In this document: piece by piece, positions 1 through 9,171 of the stretch
Position numbering within the stretch: position 1 is the first letter of the stretch
Layout of the letters: each line of letters starts with the position of its first letter
Assembly (NCBI GenBank): GCA_030698495.1
Contig: JAUYKA010000035.1
Span: 8,778-72,777, forward strand
Direction: 5' to 3'
DNA: 64,000 nucleotides
DNA from: a bacterium
Lineage (GTDB): Bacteria > Patescibacteriota > Andersenbacteria > UBA10190
Translations under genes and position numbers: made by a program
Notes under the pieces: model-generated
What the model was told of the DNA's origin: nothing
The model's input: the letters and a program-made list of their open reading frames with translations, nothing else
The model's database searches: none

Positions 1-201
1 CGGCAGAGATTGGCCGTGAAAGAATTCTGGTTTCTTTTCCTCGATCGCTTTCGGCACCTGGTAAGAAGCCGCTCTTTCTGCGTCCATTTTGTTCATTTCG
101 AACCAAAGGAGTGGGCCGAAGAATATTGCGCAAGGCACAAGCAAACCAAAAAAGCTAATAACCGCCAGGCTTCTAATGGCCTGTCTTTGAGTAATGGTCA
201 T
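1..201 (-). CDS. Partial CDS covering only the N-terminus, which runs off the window start. It is a putative membrane protein beginning MTITQRQAIRSLAVISFFGLLVPCAIFFGPLLW.
   Basis: ATG at 199-201 on the minus strand is preceded by an AAGGAGG Shine-Dalgarno (plus 208-213) with a 6 nt spacer. The frame stays open to the window edge and the N-terminus has a hydrophobic helix. The overlapping plus-strand ORF 10-216 has no RBS. Confidence 0.45.
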   Translation of the reverse strand, partial: MTITQRQAIRSLAVISFFGLLVPCAIFFGPLLWFEMNKMDAERAASYQVPKAIEEKKPEFFHGQSLP

Positions 202-280
202 AATAGACCTCCTTGAATGGGTTTCAGTTGGAAAGTGTACAAGACCAGTAATTACACACATATTTAGTAATTCGTCAAGA

Positions 281-308
281 TTGACAAAATCTTTCGGGCG
301 GCTAATAT
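281..308 (+). promoter_or_regulatory. sigma70-type promoter TTGACA-16nt-TAATAT
   Basis: The -35 TTGACA lies at 281-286 and the -10 TAATAT at 303-308 with a 16 nt spacer. The -10 ends only 2 nt before the GTG at 310, so GTG 310 is unlikely to be the start if this promoter is used. Confidence 0.5.
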
Positions 309-429
309 AGTGAATATCACTACGAAAAAGCTCCCATGCGGGTTTTGTCCCACAGCGGGGCTTTTTCATTTTTGCCTACTTATATACGAACCGTGCGGAT
401 TTTTTGTTTCCTATGCTAAAATCCATAAT

Positions 430-897
430 ATGATTATCGAGATTGATCAGAGCGGAAAAGTTGAGGAAACGGCAAAAGATACAGTTGTCGCTTTCGTTGA
501 TAACAGTAAGAAGAAGCTGTATCGGTCAATATTGTTACCTAAAAAGGAGAAGAGAAAATTACAGCGTTTTTTCCGAGACGTTGGGATGCCGCGCAGATAT
601 AACTATCAAGTCTTTTCTGCATTAATCTTCTTACTCATTCGCCCTTATTTACGTCGACTAGATAGAGTTATAGTTGATATTGAGTATCCTGGACAAAATA
701 CGTTGATTAGGAATCTCATTCTCGAAAAAGTACGTCCAATTTACGAGAAATTTGATCCTTCTATTATTGTATTCCAGCGAATCGGAAAAGGGTCGCCGGC
801 CCACGACCGTGCTTATTACACATATCAGAAAAAATATAAGCCCAATCAAAAAATTGGTAGTAAAGACGTATTAGGGGCTATTATAGCTCCGGAATAA
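430..897 (+). CDS. Hypothetical protein of about 155 aa (MIIEIDQSGKV...), from an AT-rich gene of about 38% GC. The ORF track extends it to a GTG at 310.
   Basis: The frame is open 310-897 and ATG 430 is in frame. No clear Shine-Dalgarno precedes either start. No recognisable family motif was found by eye. Confidence 0.5.
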   Translation: MIIEIDQSGKVEETAKDTVVAFVDNSKKKLYRSILLPKKEKRKLQRFFRDVGMPRRYNYQVFSALIFLLIRPYLRRLDRVIVDIEYPGQNTLIRNLILEKVRPIYEKFDPSIIVFQRIGKGSPAHDRAYYTYQKKYKPNQKIGSKDVLGAIIAPE

Positions 898-1215
898 AAA
901 ACCAGGCCCCGCGCTTAACTATCGAGTTTACGATTGGTCGGCGCCGCAGCCTGATTTATACTCTCATTATATTTCGGGATTCGCGAAAGTCAAGAGCAAA
1001 AAATAGGCGATAAAAAACCACCCCGCACAATGCGAGGAGGAAACGCCTATTCTAGTTAGCCCCTAGAAGACTTCACTACCAGTAGGTAGTTCCGCCATAC
1101 GGTCGGTTTTCGGCTTTTTTTGTTTATGACCATATTGTAATCAAATTATGATAGATGAGCCAGCCTAATCTCTATAGCCGCACTATTCCATTAGCGGCTT
1201 AGGTAAAAGGAATTA

Positions 1216-1224
1216 TGGTATAAT
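1216..1224 (+). promoter_or_regulatory. Extended -10 promoter element TGgTATAAT, implying a leaderless transcript for the gene starting at 1231.
   Basis: TG lies at 1216-1217 and TATAAT at 1219-1224. The ATG at 1231 lies 7 nt downstream, where the transcription start is expected, and no Shine-Dalgarno is possible. Confidence 0.45.
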
Positions 1225-1230
1225 ATATTT

Positions 1231-2445
1231 ATGTTTACCTACCCGCATCGCATAATAAGACCATTTACGCATCCCTTCACCGTTGCTACTGCCGGTTTGT
1301 ATACAATAACGATTAATGCTATCTGCCGCTCCGGCAGACAAATCAACCAGCCCGGTGGTGAAGATTTGCGAGTAGAAATTGACAGTATAGCACTGCGGGA
1401 AATACCGGCTGTCGCCCGCACACAAGAATATGATATACCCCCTGCGTGGAATGGGACTCAATTATGCGGATTGTCTAAAACTGTTGTTTTTGTATTGCGT
1501 CTTGAGACCGGTAATCATCAAATCAATTTTATACCATATCGTGGCGCAGAAATTGTGGCTGAACCGAAGATCGAATTAGTCAGTGATCCACACTCATTAT
1601 CCTTAATAATGGAACAGCAAGCCGAAGATAGTGATCGAAGGCCATGGTATACGATTTCGCTTGTTAATTTGCCGTTACAAAGACTCACCATTGATGCAAC
1701 GGCTAAATGGCACTTAGGCGATAGTGACGATATTAAAATCATTGTTGATAATGCTGTAAAGCCTAATCCTAGCTCTCTGGCAATCCTTCGTCGTGACTGG
1801 CTCATATCCGGCAGTCTTCTAAAAAAGCTTTTCAAGAATGAACGCCAGCAATTCAATTTTGAAGAAAATCTGAACCAAGGTATTCACTATATAGAACTTT
1901 GGGCGGATCGGGAACCCATAATACATAGCTTTGAGCTAGATTTAGGAGATATAGAGATTGAAGAACCGGCCCAACGCACACCGACAGTAGACGATCCAAA
2001 ATGGACAGGCAATTTTGATGATGACTCCGAGACCATCCTCCTTGCCCGTCTTATTTTCGGTGAAGCAGAGGGTGAATCTAGAGAGGCTAAAACTTGGGTC
2101 GGAGCGAGTGTATTAAACCGAGTTAGGGCACAAACATGGTGGGGCAAAACATTGCGTGAAGTAATTTTGAAGCCAGCGCAATACGATCCATTCGGACTAA
2201 CCGATGAGCGCTTTAAAACCATCATCAATCCAATGAAAAACGCTAATTCTGGCACAGTACAAGCATGGCATGAATCATACACAGTAGCGGAGGAGCTACT
2301 TTCCGGGAAAATTTCAATTCCAACTGAAGCAACTCACTTTCACGGCATCGGTATTGTTCGTGACGAATTTATCAAAAAGGTTGTGCCAAATGGACGTTTC
2401 TTACGACAAATCGACAATACATTTTTTTATTGGAGTCCCAATTAA
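1231..2445 (+). CDS. Cell-wall hydrolase with a C-terminal SleB/CwlJ-type (Hydrolase_2) domain and an N-terminal region of about 250 aa of unknown function.
   Basis: The C-terminal segment ...ILLARLIFGEAEGESREAKTWVGASVLNRV...LKPAQYDPF...ATHFHG matches conserved blocks of SleB-family hydrolases. No signal peptide is evident. Confidence 0.7.
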   Translation: MFTYPHRIIRPFTHPFTVATAGLYTITINAICRSGRQINQPGGEDLRVEIDSIALREIPAVARTQEYDIPPAWNGTQLCGLSKTVVFVLRLETGNHQINFIPYRGAEIVAEPKIELVSDPHSLSLIMEQQAEDSDRRPWYTISLVNLPLQRLTIDATAKWHLGDSDDIKIIVDNAVKPNPSSLAILRRDWLISGSLLKKLFKNERQQFNFEENLNQGIHYIELWADREPIIHSFELDLGDIEIEEPAQRTPTVDDPKWTGNFDDDSETILLARLIFGEAEGESREAKTWVGASVLNRVRAQTWWGKTLREVILKPAQYDPFGLTDERFKTIINPMKNANSGTVQAWHESYTVAEELLSGKISIPTEATHFHGIGIVRDEFIKKVVPNGRFLRQIDNTFFYWSPN

Positions 2446-2446
2446 T

Positions 2447-3007
2447 ATGAAAACCAGACTAATAATTGTACCTGTCTCGTATGTATTACTTGGCATTATT
2501 AGCTCAACACTATTTTTTTATCTAGTGAGGCCAAAAAACAACATTACTTTACCTACCATTACAACACAACCAACAAAACTGCCCGTAACCAGCAATAAAA
2601 ACCCGTACGGGGAACGTTCATTATTTGATTTTTCTCCCGATCAGAAGAATATTGCTTTTATCGAGGATGTTTTCGAAAAATACGGCCATAATTATGACCG
2701 TTATTATGCTGTCAATGTTTTTAATGTAGAAAGCAAACGGGAAAAGAGTCTTTTGATTGATACCTATAAAATATCCGGTTTTGAATGGCGTAATAATGAT
2801 ACGATACGAGTTTTCCTGGATGCCGGCACAGGCATTCGCGCTTATCGTGATATCTCGATTCAAATTTCGAAACCGCTTATTTTCAAGGACTTTGTGGCGA
2901 GCAGCCATAAGCCAGAAACGTTCTGGACACCCGACGAGCAATACCTCCAGGAGCTCCAAAGAAAACAGCTAGCCAACCAGAAATACCTAGAGCTTACGTC
3001 GCAATAA
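2447..3007 (+). CDS. Hypothetical membrane-anchored protein of 186 aa with an N-terminal TM helix, translationally coupled to the upstream hydrolase.
   Basis: The ATG at 2447 overlaps the upstream stop (TAATATG). It lies in frame within ORF-track entry 2354-3007. The N-terminus MKTRLIIVPVSYVLLGIISSTLFFYLV is hydrophobic. The gene is AT-rich, at about 36% GC. Confidence 0.6.
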   Translation: MKTRLIIVPVSYVLLGIISSTLFFYLVRPKNNITLPTITTQPTKLPVTSNKNPYGERSLFDFSPDQKNIAFIEDVFEKYGHNYDRYYAVNVFNVESKREKSLLIDTYKISGFEWRNNDTIRVFLDAGTGIRAYRDISIQISKPLIFKDFVASSHKPETFWTPDEQYLQELQRKQLANQKYLELTSQ

Positions 3008-3042
3008 CCTCCGCTAAATCATGTCAGATAATATGCACTAAA

Positions 3043-3080
3043 AGTGCTCACCGTATTTTGCGATGAGCACTTTCATTGTT
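3043..3080. terminator. Hairpin (8 bp stem, 13 nt loop) followed by a T-rich tract between convergent genes. It is a possible bidirectional terminator.
   Basis: agtgctca...tgagcact is followed by ttcattgttcttaatttta, between the stop at 3007 on the plus strand and the ftsZ stop at 3088 on the minus strand. Confidence 0.4.
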
Positions 3081-3087
3081 CTTAATT

Positions 3088-4317
3088 TTATAGCGATTGA
3101 TCTTCTGAATCGCCGTGGTTCCTAGCTTCTTTTTGTTCGCGCATCTTACGGCGGATGAACGTAGGCACTTCCAGGTCTTCGTCATTACCATCCGTTCGCG
3201 GAGTCACGACAGGGCGGCTATATGGATTTGGTTTTACTTCCGGCTGACTGCGAACCGGCTCCGACTCCGGTATAGCACCGAAACGAACCGGCTGGGTAGC
3301 CATTCCCTGGCTATAGGGAATCGCCCCGCTATAACGTTCTGTCTTACGAACAGCTTCCGGCTTATCAAAACCAGTCGCCACCACTGTAATTTTTAATTCC
3401 CCCTCTTCTACCTGGTTGTTATCAATAACCGTCCCGAATATTACTTTCGCGTTATTATCCGCGTGTTCTGTAATCACTCGCGCCGCTTCCTCCACTTCAA
3501 ACATCTTCAGATCTTCCCCCGCAGTAACATTAAAGATAATACCCTTAGCCCCATCAATCGTAATATCCAACAAAGGACTCTCAATGGCCGCCCTTGCCGC
3601 GTCCACCGCCCTATTCTCGCCAGACGCTCGGCCAATTCCCATTAACGCTGACCCAGCGTTAGACGTTATCGCTCTTATGTCCGCAAAATCAACATTCACC
3701 ATACCATGATGGACAATCAAATCTGATATGCCCTGCACCCCCTGACGCAAAACGTCATCTACCACGCGGAATGCGTCCACTAAACTTGTCTTCTTATCAA
3801 TTATCTGTAACAATCGATCGTTCGGCACCACCACTGCCGCGTCCACTCTGTCCTGCAATTCCGCCAGCGCTTCTTCCGCAATCGTCATCCGTTGCTGGCC
3901 CTCAAACGAAAAGGGACGCGTTACCACCCCCACCGTAAGAGCGCCGCTTTCTTTGGCAATCTCTGATATCACCGGACCGGCTCCGCTGCCTGTACCACCG
4001 CCAAAACCGCACGTAATAAATACCATATCCGACCCCTTCAAAACCTCGTAGATTTCCTCACGACTTTCTTCCGCCGCTTGCTGGCCAACAGAGGGATCCA
4101 TTCCTGCTCCCAGGCCCCGTGTAATAGTCTGACCGATATGAATTTTTGTCGGTGCCCCGGAATAATGCAGCGCCTGCGCGTCCGTGTTTACCGCGATAAA
4201 CTCAACCCCCTTAATTTGCGCTTCCACCATTCTGTTCAAAGCCGCGTTGCCAGAACCACCCACGCCGACAACCTTAATGTTGGCTACATTCTCTATACTT
4301 GGTTTTACTACTGGCAT
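3088..4317 (-). CDS. ftsZ: Cell division GTPase FtsZ
   Basis: The tubulin signature GGGTGSG and N-terminal VIGVGGGGNNA-like VVGVGGSGNAALNRM are present. The length is 409 aa and the C-terminal tail is typical. Confidence 0.95.
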   Translation of the reverse strand: MPVVKPSIENVANIKVVGVGGSGNAALNRMVEAQIKGVEFIAVNTDAQALHYSGAPTKIHIGQTITRGLGAGMDPSVGQQAAEESREEIYEVLKGSDMVFITCGFGGGTGSGAGPVISEIAKESGALTVGVVTRPFSFEGQQRMTIAEEALAELQDRVDAAVVVPNDRLLQIIDKKTSLVDAFRVVDDVLRQGVQGISDLIVHHGMVNVDFADIRAITSNAGSALMGIGRASGENRAVDAARAAIESPLLDITIDGAKGIIFNVTAGEDLKMFEVEEAARVITEHADNNAKVIFGTVIDNNQVEEGELKITVVATGFDKPEAVRKTERYSGAIPYSQGMATQPVRFGAIPESEPVRSQPEVKPNPYSRPVVTPRTDGNDEDLEVPTFIRRKMREQKEARNHGDSEDQSL

Positions 4318-4508
4318 AATGTTTTTCTACACAATTAAACAGTTCTCGTCTCGTTTTGCAGCACGGCATAACAAAACATCACTTATACTTCTTTAAGCGT
4401 AGAGGGTTGTTCTAGAATGTCAATAACAAAACCTGTTCACTTTGGACACACTTGTTGTTCACTAAATCCGCGCCTCGTAAAGGCGCGGCTTCATTTCTAT
4501 CACTCAAT

Positions 4509-5756
4509 TTACGGCATGAAAGTCTTAAGCCAGCCGCGGATACGATGAGCTGTATTTCCCCAATCATGTAAATTGATCAGCGTTCGTTGACGTCCTTTTC
4601 CTTCCTGATCAAATGCCCATAAAAGTAAACCCAACACCACCGCGTATCCAGGACTGGCTGCCTTTTCAGATAAACCAGACATTTCTTGTACCCGACCAAC
4701 TCGGGCAGGCAAACGTAACCTCTTCTTCGCTATCTCCACCACCCCGGGCAACTGCGCGCCACCGCCAGTAAACACAATACCCGCCGGTAAAAGACCAGAA
4801 CGATTTACTCCCTTAAGCTCCCGATCGACAAAAGAAAAAATCTCTTCCAGCCTGGCCCGAATAATAGTAGCCACTTCTTTTCTTGAAACCGATTCTTGTT
4901 CATTGTTTTCATCTCCCTCAATCAGTATAGCTTCGTTGGTTTTTATCTCATCGGCTAACGCCGTACCATGTTCCACCTTAACCACTTCAGCCACATCAAT
5001 GGACGTGCGCAGACCGATTGCTATATCGTTAGTTATGTGACTGGATCCCAGTGGTAAAACCGCGGTATGTAACAAGGCATTTTCTTCATACACTACCAGA
5101 CTGGTAGTTCCCGCCCCCAGATCAACCAGCACCACTCCTAACTCTTTCTGTCTTTTATCCAGAAGAATCTGCGCCGCCGCCAGCGGTGAAAACACAAAAT
5201 CCTCAACATGAACACCAGCCTGGTTCACCGCTTTGGTTATGTTCTTAATAAAAGGAGCCGATCCTTCAATAATATGCGTCTCCACTTCCAGCCTTACCCC
5301 CGTCATCCCCACCGGATCATGAATATGTTCCTGCCCGTCTACAACAAAATTTTGCGGCAGTACATGCAGGATCTCCCTATTGCTTGGCAGCGAAATCGCC
5401 TGCGCGGCATTAATAACCCTGGCCACGTCATCGGCGGTAATCTCGCCATCCGCTCGACTAACCGCTATAACCCCTCTTGAATTCTGCGACATTATATGAG
5501 ACCCGTTTATGCTCACATACGCGTGTTCAATCGGCACACCCGCTACTCGCTCCGCCACATCCAACGCCTTACTAATCGACGCTACCGCCGCCTCAACATC
5601 GGTAATCACACCTTTCTGCATGCCGTCCATAGGCTCGGCCGATATGCCAAGAATTGTCGGGCTTTGCCCCGCCAGCGCGCCGCCTAGTTGAGCCACCGCT
5701 ACTCGGACTTGGGAAGAACCGACGTCGATGCCTGTTACGTGTTGTTCACGAGCCAT
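4509..5756 (-). CDS. ftsA: Cell division protein FtsA (actin-like ATPase)
   Basis: It lies immediately upstream of ftsZ on the same strand. The actin/Hsp70-fold motifs GIDVGSSQVRVAV and DLGAGTT are present. Confidence 0.9.
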   Translation of the reverse strand: MAREQHVTGIDVGSSQVRVAVAQLGGALAGQSPTILGISAEPMDGMQKGVITDVEAAVASISKALDVAERVAGVPIEHAYVSINGSHIMSQNSRGVIAVSRADGEITADDVARVINAAQAISLPSNREILHVLPQNFVVDGQEHIHDPVGMTGVRLEVETHIIEGSAPFIKNITKAVNQAGVHVEDFVFSPLAAAQILLDKRQKELGVVLVDLGAGTTSLVVYEENALLHTAVLPLGSSHITNDIAIGLRTSIDVAEVVKVEHGTALADEIKTNEAILIEGDENNEQESVSRKEVATIIRARLEEIFSFVDRELKGVNRSGLLPAGIVFTGGGAQLPGVVEIAKKRLRLPARVGRVQEMSGLSEKAASPGYAVVLGLLLWAFDQEGKGRQRTLINLHDWGNTAHRIRGWLKTFMP

Positions 5757-5940
5757 ATTATATCTATATCAAATCAATAATTAATACTAATTGTAAACCG
5801 TCGTCTGTTTTTTTGCACGCCCAGTTGCCGCTATAAAGAAGGGCTAAGGACTAATTAAGATAAAATTTATCTATAAGCCAGACACCCAGTAAACAAAACA
5901 CAACATCACAAGAATAAGTATTGTATAGCCGGGCAAACCC

Positions 5941-6348
5941 CTAAAAATTTAACTGCTGTAATAGATGGGGAACAAACACCACTATACCGATAACCAACGC
6001 GACTAAACTTACGATCAATACCGCCCCCGCCATCATGTCCTTGGCTTTTTGTACCAACTCTCCATAATCCGGATGTACTGCGTCAGCTAAAGCCTCCATT
6101 GCCGAATTCATCATCTCCAAACTCAACACTGCCCCGGCCGCCAATAAAACGATTACTGTCTCCGTAACCCCCACCCGCAACCACCAAACCAATCCCAAAA
6201 CCACCAGCAACACTATGCTCTGCCGTCGAACATTTGCCTCGGACCACAAGCCGATGATTACTCCGCGCACCGCGTGAGTAACCGAAGCAGAAAAAGACCT
6301 GCTCTTGCCCGTACGACCGTGAAATACATTACCAAACCCTGAACGCAT
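5941..6348 (-). CDS. dgkA: Diacylglycerol/undecaprenol kinase (DgkA family)
   Basis: The EMMNSAMEALADAVHP motif is typical of prokaryotic DAGK. It is a polytopic 135 aa protein in the ybeY-dgkA arrangement. Confidence 0.8.
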   Translation of the reverse strand: MRSGFGNVFHGRTGKSRSFSASVTHAVRGVIIGLWSEANVRRQSIVLLVVLGLVWWLRVGVTETVIVLLAAGAVLSLEMMNSAMEALADAVHPDYGELVQKAKDMMAGAVLIVSLVALVIGIVVFVPHLLQQLNF

Positions 6349-6363
6349 AACAATATTTTACCA

Positions 6364-6792
6364 CTATTCTGACAGCACTGCTTTGTAGCCGCACTGTTGT
6401 AAAATATTTCTTTCCCGTTCTCGAGTCAGCTCCGCTTCCGTTAATGATCTTTCATGATCCATACCCGCCGCGTGCAAAAACGCATGTACTAACAGCCACG
6501 CCATATAATCACGCCACGACATTCCGTGCTCTTTAGCTTCTTCTTTTGCTATCTGATCACATAAAGCAACATCATGCTCACCTTCGTCATAGGAAAAAGT
6601 CAATACATTTGTCGCCCGATCCAACCCCCGATATTGCTTATTTAGCTTTCTCGCTTCTTCCTTCTTTACAACCACCACTGTTACTAAATCGTCCGTACAC
6701 CCCATCTCGCCAACCACCGCTTGCCATAAAGTGTTAGCTTCTACTAAAGTCAGCGGCATTTTTCTCCCCTTCAACAAAACCGGCACAACCAA
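6364..6792 (-). CDS. ybeY: rRNA maturation endoribonuclease YbeY
   Basis: The HxxxHxxGxxH metal site (LLVHAFLHAAGMDHE) is present. The size is about 140 aa. Confidence 0.85.
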   Translation of the reverse strand: MVVPVLLKGRKMPLTLVEANTLWQAVVGEMGCTDDLVTVVVVKKEEARKLNKQYRGLDRATNVLTFSYDEGEHDVALCDQIAKEEAKEHGMSWRDYMAWLLVHAFLHAAGMDHERSLTEAELTRERERNILQQCGYKAVLSE

Positions 6793-6798
6793 ATAACA

Positions 6799-7689
6799 TT
6801 AAAGCTTATCGCCGGGCGAAGGAATGAGCGGATTATAACCGTTCTGTATTTCCTCGCCATCTGAATAACCATCACCGTCCGTATCCGGGTTAAACGGATC
6901 GCTGCCAAACGCCCGCTCATCAGGATCGGGAAACCCGTCGTTATCCGAATCCAGTTTACCCGGACCCAAAGGATCGTACCCCACCTTCACTTCATCGCCA
7001 TCACTATATCCATCGCCATCACTATCCACTTTAGCAGGATCAGTACCATAATATTTCTCTTCCGCCGCGGTTAGCCCGTCATGATCCGCATCCAATACTT
7101 CGGCCTCGGCATCAACGGACAAAGACGGTTCAGGCGAGGTAGACACTGACGGCTCCAAAGAAACAGACGGACTTGGTGTCGCACTGGTCAAGGGTGGCGG
7201 CGTAGAAGTTGGTGTCACATTGTTAAATAATCCGCCCGCACCCGAACCGCCTCCGGCAAAAAATCTGGCCAGAATCAAACCCAGCACAACCAGCAACAAA
7301 ACCAAAATTATTACTCCCCCTAACAATACCGCCAAACGTTTATTGCGCCGCGGCGGCACCGGACGCTGAAACACTGATGGCGCCAATGCGACACCGCCAA
7401 CCGGCGTAGAACTCCCCTCCCTCTTTGCCGTCGGTACCGCCAAACCACCCGCTTGGCCTTTTCCGGAAGACATGACATTATTACTATTTACATTTTTCTG
7501 AATAAACGGATCAGGTATATCCATGCCTTCGCCTGGACGCTTTACTAACGGTTGCCGACCGACAGGCTCACCCGACATCGTAGCATTTTTCTTGTCATCC
7601 GCACGTCCGCTAAAACCGGAGGGTGTTTTTCCGTCAGAAGCTGCGGCAGATAATGGTAAATTTGTCGGCGGAAACCCCTGATTTGCCAT
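6799..7689 (-). CDS. Membrane-anchored protein with thrombospondin type-3-like calcium-binding repeats
   Basis: A single TM helix ([21 protein letters not shown]) is present. C-terminal DxDxDG-type repeats are present ([37 protein letters not shown]). Confidence 0.6.
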   Translation of the reverse strand: MANQGFPPTNLPLSAAASDGKTPSGFSGRADDKKNATMSGEPVGRQPLVKRPGEGMDIPDPFIQKNVNSNNVMSSGKGQAGGLAVPTAKREGSSTPVGGVALAPSVFQRPVPPRRNKRLAVLLGGVIILVLLLVVLGLILARFFAGGGSGAGGLFNNVTPTSTPPPLTSATPSPSVSLEPSVSTSPEPSLSVDAEAEVLDADHDGLTAAEEKYYGTDPAKVDSDGDGYSDGDEVKVGYDPLGPGKLDSDNDGFPDPDERAFGSDPFNPDTDGDGYSDGEEIQNGYNPLIPSPGDKL

Positions 7690-7826
7690 AATTCAAATTA
7701 ACTAACTGCTTAATTGTCATTATTATAATTGACGTCCGAATAAAAGTCACCCCATAGCTTGCGGCTACCAAAACCCCGCATCCTTATAACACCAGGGTAA
7801 GTTATTTTTCGGTGGTGACAAACCTA

Positions 7827-8093
7827 TTAACGCCTGCCGCCGGAACGACCTTGCGGCCGATACGACAAAGCACTGAACTCATCCAGCTCACCGATTTTTA
7901 TCAAATGCTCTCTCTCCGCCTGCAGCTCCGTGCGCCGTTGGGCTTCTTCCCGCATCCGCCGCCGATTCTTTTTCCGCGTATGAAAACGAATTTTCCTGGC
8001 CTGCAACAAAACACCGCTCTGTTGCACCTTGCGGCTGAATCTCCTCACTACGCTGTCCGATCCTTCATTGTCTCGCCGTTTTACTTCTACCAT
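7827..8093 (-). CDS. rpsU: 30S ribosomal protein S21
   Basis: MVEVKRRDNEGSDSVVRRFSRKVQQSGVLLQARKIRFHTRKK aligns with the S21 family (E. coli [29 protein letters not shown]...). The ORF track extends it to a TTG at 8114, which is part of a GGGAGG Shine-Dalgarno. Confidence 0.8.
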   Translation of the reverse strand: MVEVKRRDNEGSDSVVRRFSRKVQQSGVLLQARKIRFHTRKKNRRRMREEAQRRTELQAEREHLIKIGELDEFSALSYRPQGRSGGRR

Positions 8094-8288
8094 TTTAATA
8101 AAGACACCTCCCAAGATTGAACATAAAGAGTGAAAGAGGACTCAATGAATTAATCGCCATAAAACACCCTCTTTAGAGTAGCGATTATCTAAAAATCCTC
8201 ATTAAAATACTGCCACAAGACGGTTTTCCCGTCAAGACAGTTAATCGCGATCAAAATGCGTTTATCATCTCTTTGTCTTAACGCCCTA

Positions 8289-8753
8289 CTATATTTGAGC
8301 CTTATCCAGAACAGATTGAATACCACCCCCGCCCAACATACCAATCAACGTATTCACAACCAAGAAAGCCACCGCAATAATAATCAGCCCTACAATCGCC
8401 CTGGTAACCGTAGTCTTCGCCGCTTCCAGCTCCCCCGGCGCGTTCTCCATAAAACTCCAGTAAAACATTCTGACGCCGCCGAATATAATAAACAATATCG
8501 CCACCAGACCCGCCAACCCTAACAATGTATTATATATATTAACTAACAGTTGAATAATATCCTCAACACCGCAAGGGTTTGAAGACTCCGTGACATCACC
8601 ATTCGGCAATGTCTTATACCTTATCGGATCGCAATCAGGCAACAACTGAATCGCACTCGCCACCCCCGGTGTCGCTATAAAAATCAATCCCGCAAATCCT
8701 GCCGCCACTATTAGTAATCTTATGTTTGCTGAAATTTTTGAAAATTGGTTCAT
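8289..8753 (-). CDS. Small secreted/membrane protein with a signal peptide plus two hydrophobic segments, giving a TrbC/VirB2-pilin-like topology. Family assignment is unsure.
   Basis: MNQFSKISANIRLLIVAAGFAGLIFIATPGVASA is signal-like. Two later TM segments are present. The start ATG 8751-8753 directly abuts the GGAAATTG repeat array. Confidence 0.5.
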   Translation of the reverse strand: MNQFSKISANIRLLIVAAGFAGLIFIATPGVASAIQLLPDCDPIRYKTLPNGDVTESSNPCGVEDIIQLLVNIYNTLLGLAGLVAILFIIFGGVRMFYWSFMENAPGELEAAKTTVTRAIVGLIIIAVAFLVVNTLIGMLGGGGIQSVLDKAQI

Positions 8754-8754
8754 T

Positions 8755-8794
8755 GGAAATTCAATGGAAATTGGAAATTGATAATTGGAAATTG
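8755..8794. repeat. Tandem array of four GGAAAT(T)G octamer-type repeats filling the HIT-to-next-gene intergenic space
   Basis: ggaaattcaatggaaattggaaattgataattggaaattg is present. The same motif family recurs at about 21.73, 41.01-41.14 and 46.42-46.48 kb and as the GGGAAATTTCCC palindrome at 10615. Confidence 0.7.
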
Positions 8795-8799
8795 TCGCG

Positions 8800-9171
8800 C
8801 TAACAGCGCATCGGTCCCAGCCTCTCGCCCCCCAAAACATGGAAATGCACGTGCTTCACCACCTGCCCGGCATCATCTCCGACATTACTGATAATCCTAT
8901 ACCCGCCCGCGACTAGGCCTAAATCCCGCGCCACTTTTGTCGCGTCATGAATTAACTTGCCTATTAACAACTGATCATCATCAGTCATGTGTGCCAGTGA
9001 CACTATATGCCGCTTCGGTATTCCCAGCACATGCACCTTGGCTTTCGGAGAAATATCACGAAAAAACAACGTGTCCGTGCTCTCATATACCGCCTCCACC
9101 GGCGTTTCTCCTGTCACCATCCGGCAGAAAATACAATCCGGATCGTGCGTTTCATTCCTCCTAGCTGTCAT
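8800..9171 (-). CDS. HIT-family (histidine triad) nucleotide hydrolase
   Basis: The HVHFHVLGG histidine triad motif is present. The protein is 123 aa. Confidence 0.85.
   Translation of the reverse strand: MTARRNETHDPDCIFCRMVTGETPVEAVYESTDTLFFRDISPKAKVHVLGIPKRHIVSLAHMTDDDQLLIGKLIHDATKVARDLGLVAGGYRIISNVGDDAGQVVKHVHFHVLGGERLGPMRC

Noticed and set aside
10-216. Plus-strand ORF of 68 aa at the window start
   Set aside because: No RBS is present. The opposite strand has a Shine-Dalgarno-ATG and a membrane-protein-like N-terminus, so the plus ORF is likely antisense shadow.
8755-8794. CRISPR array suggested by the tandem repeats
   Set aside because: The unit is only 7-8 bp with no spacers, and no cas genes are present.
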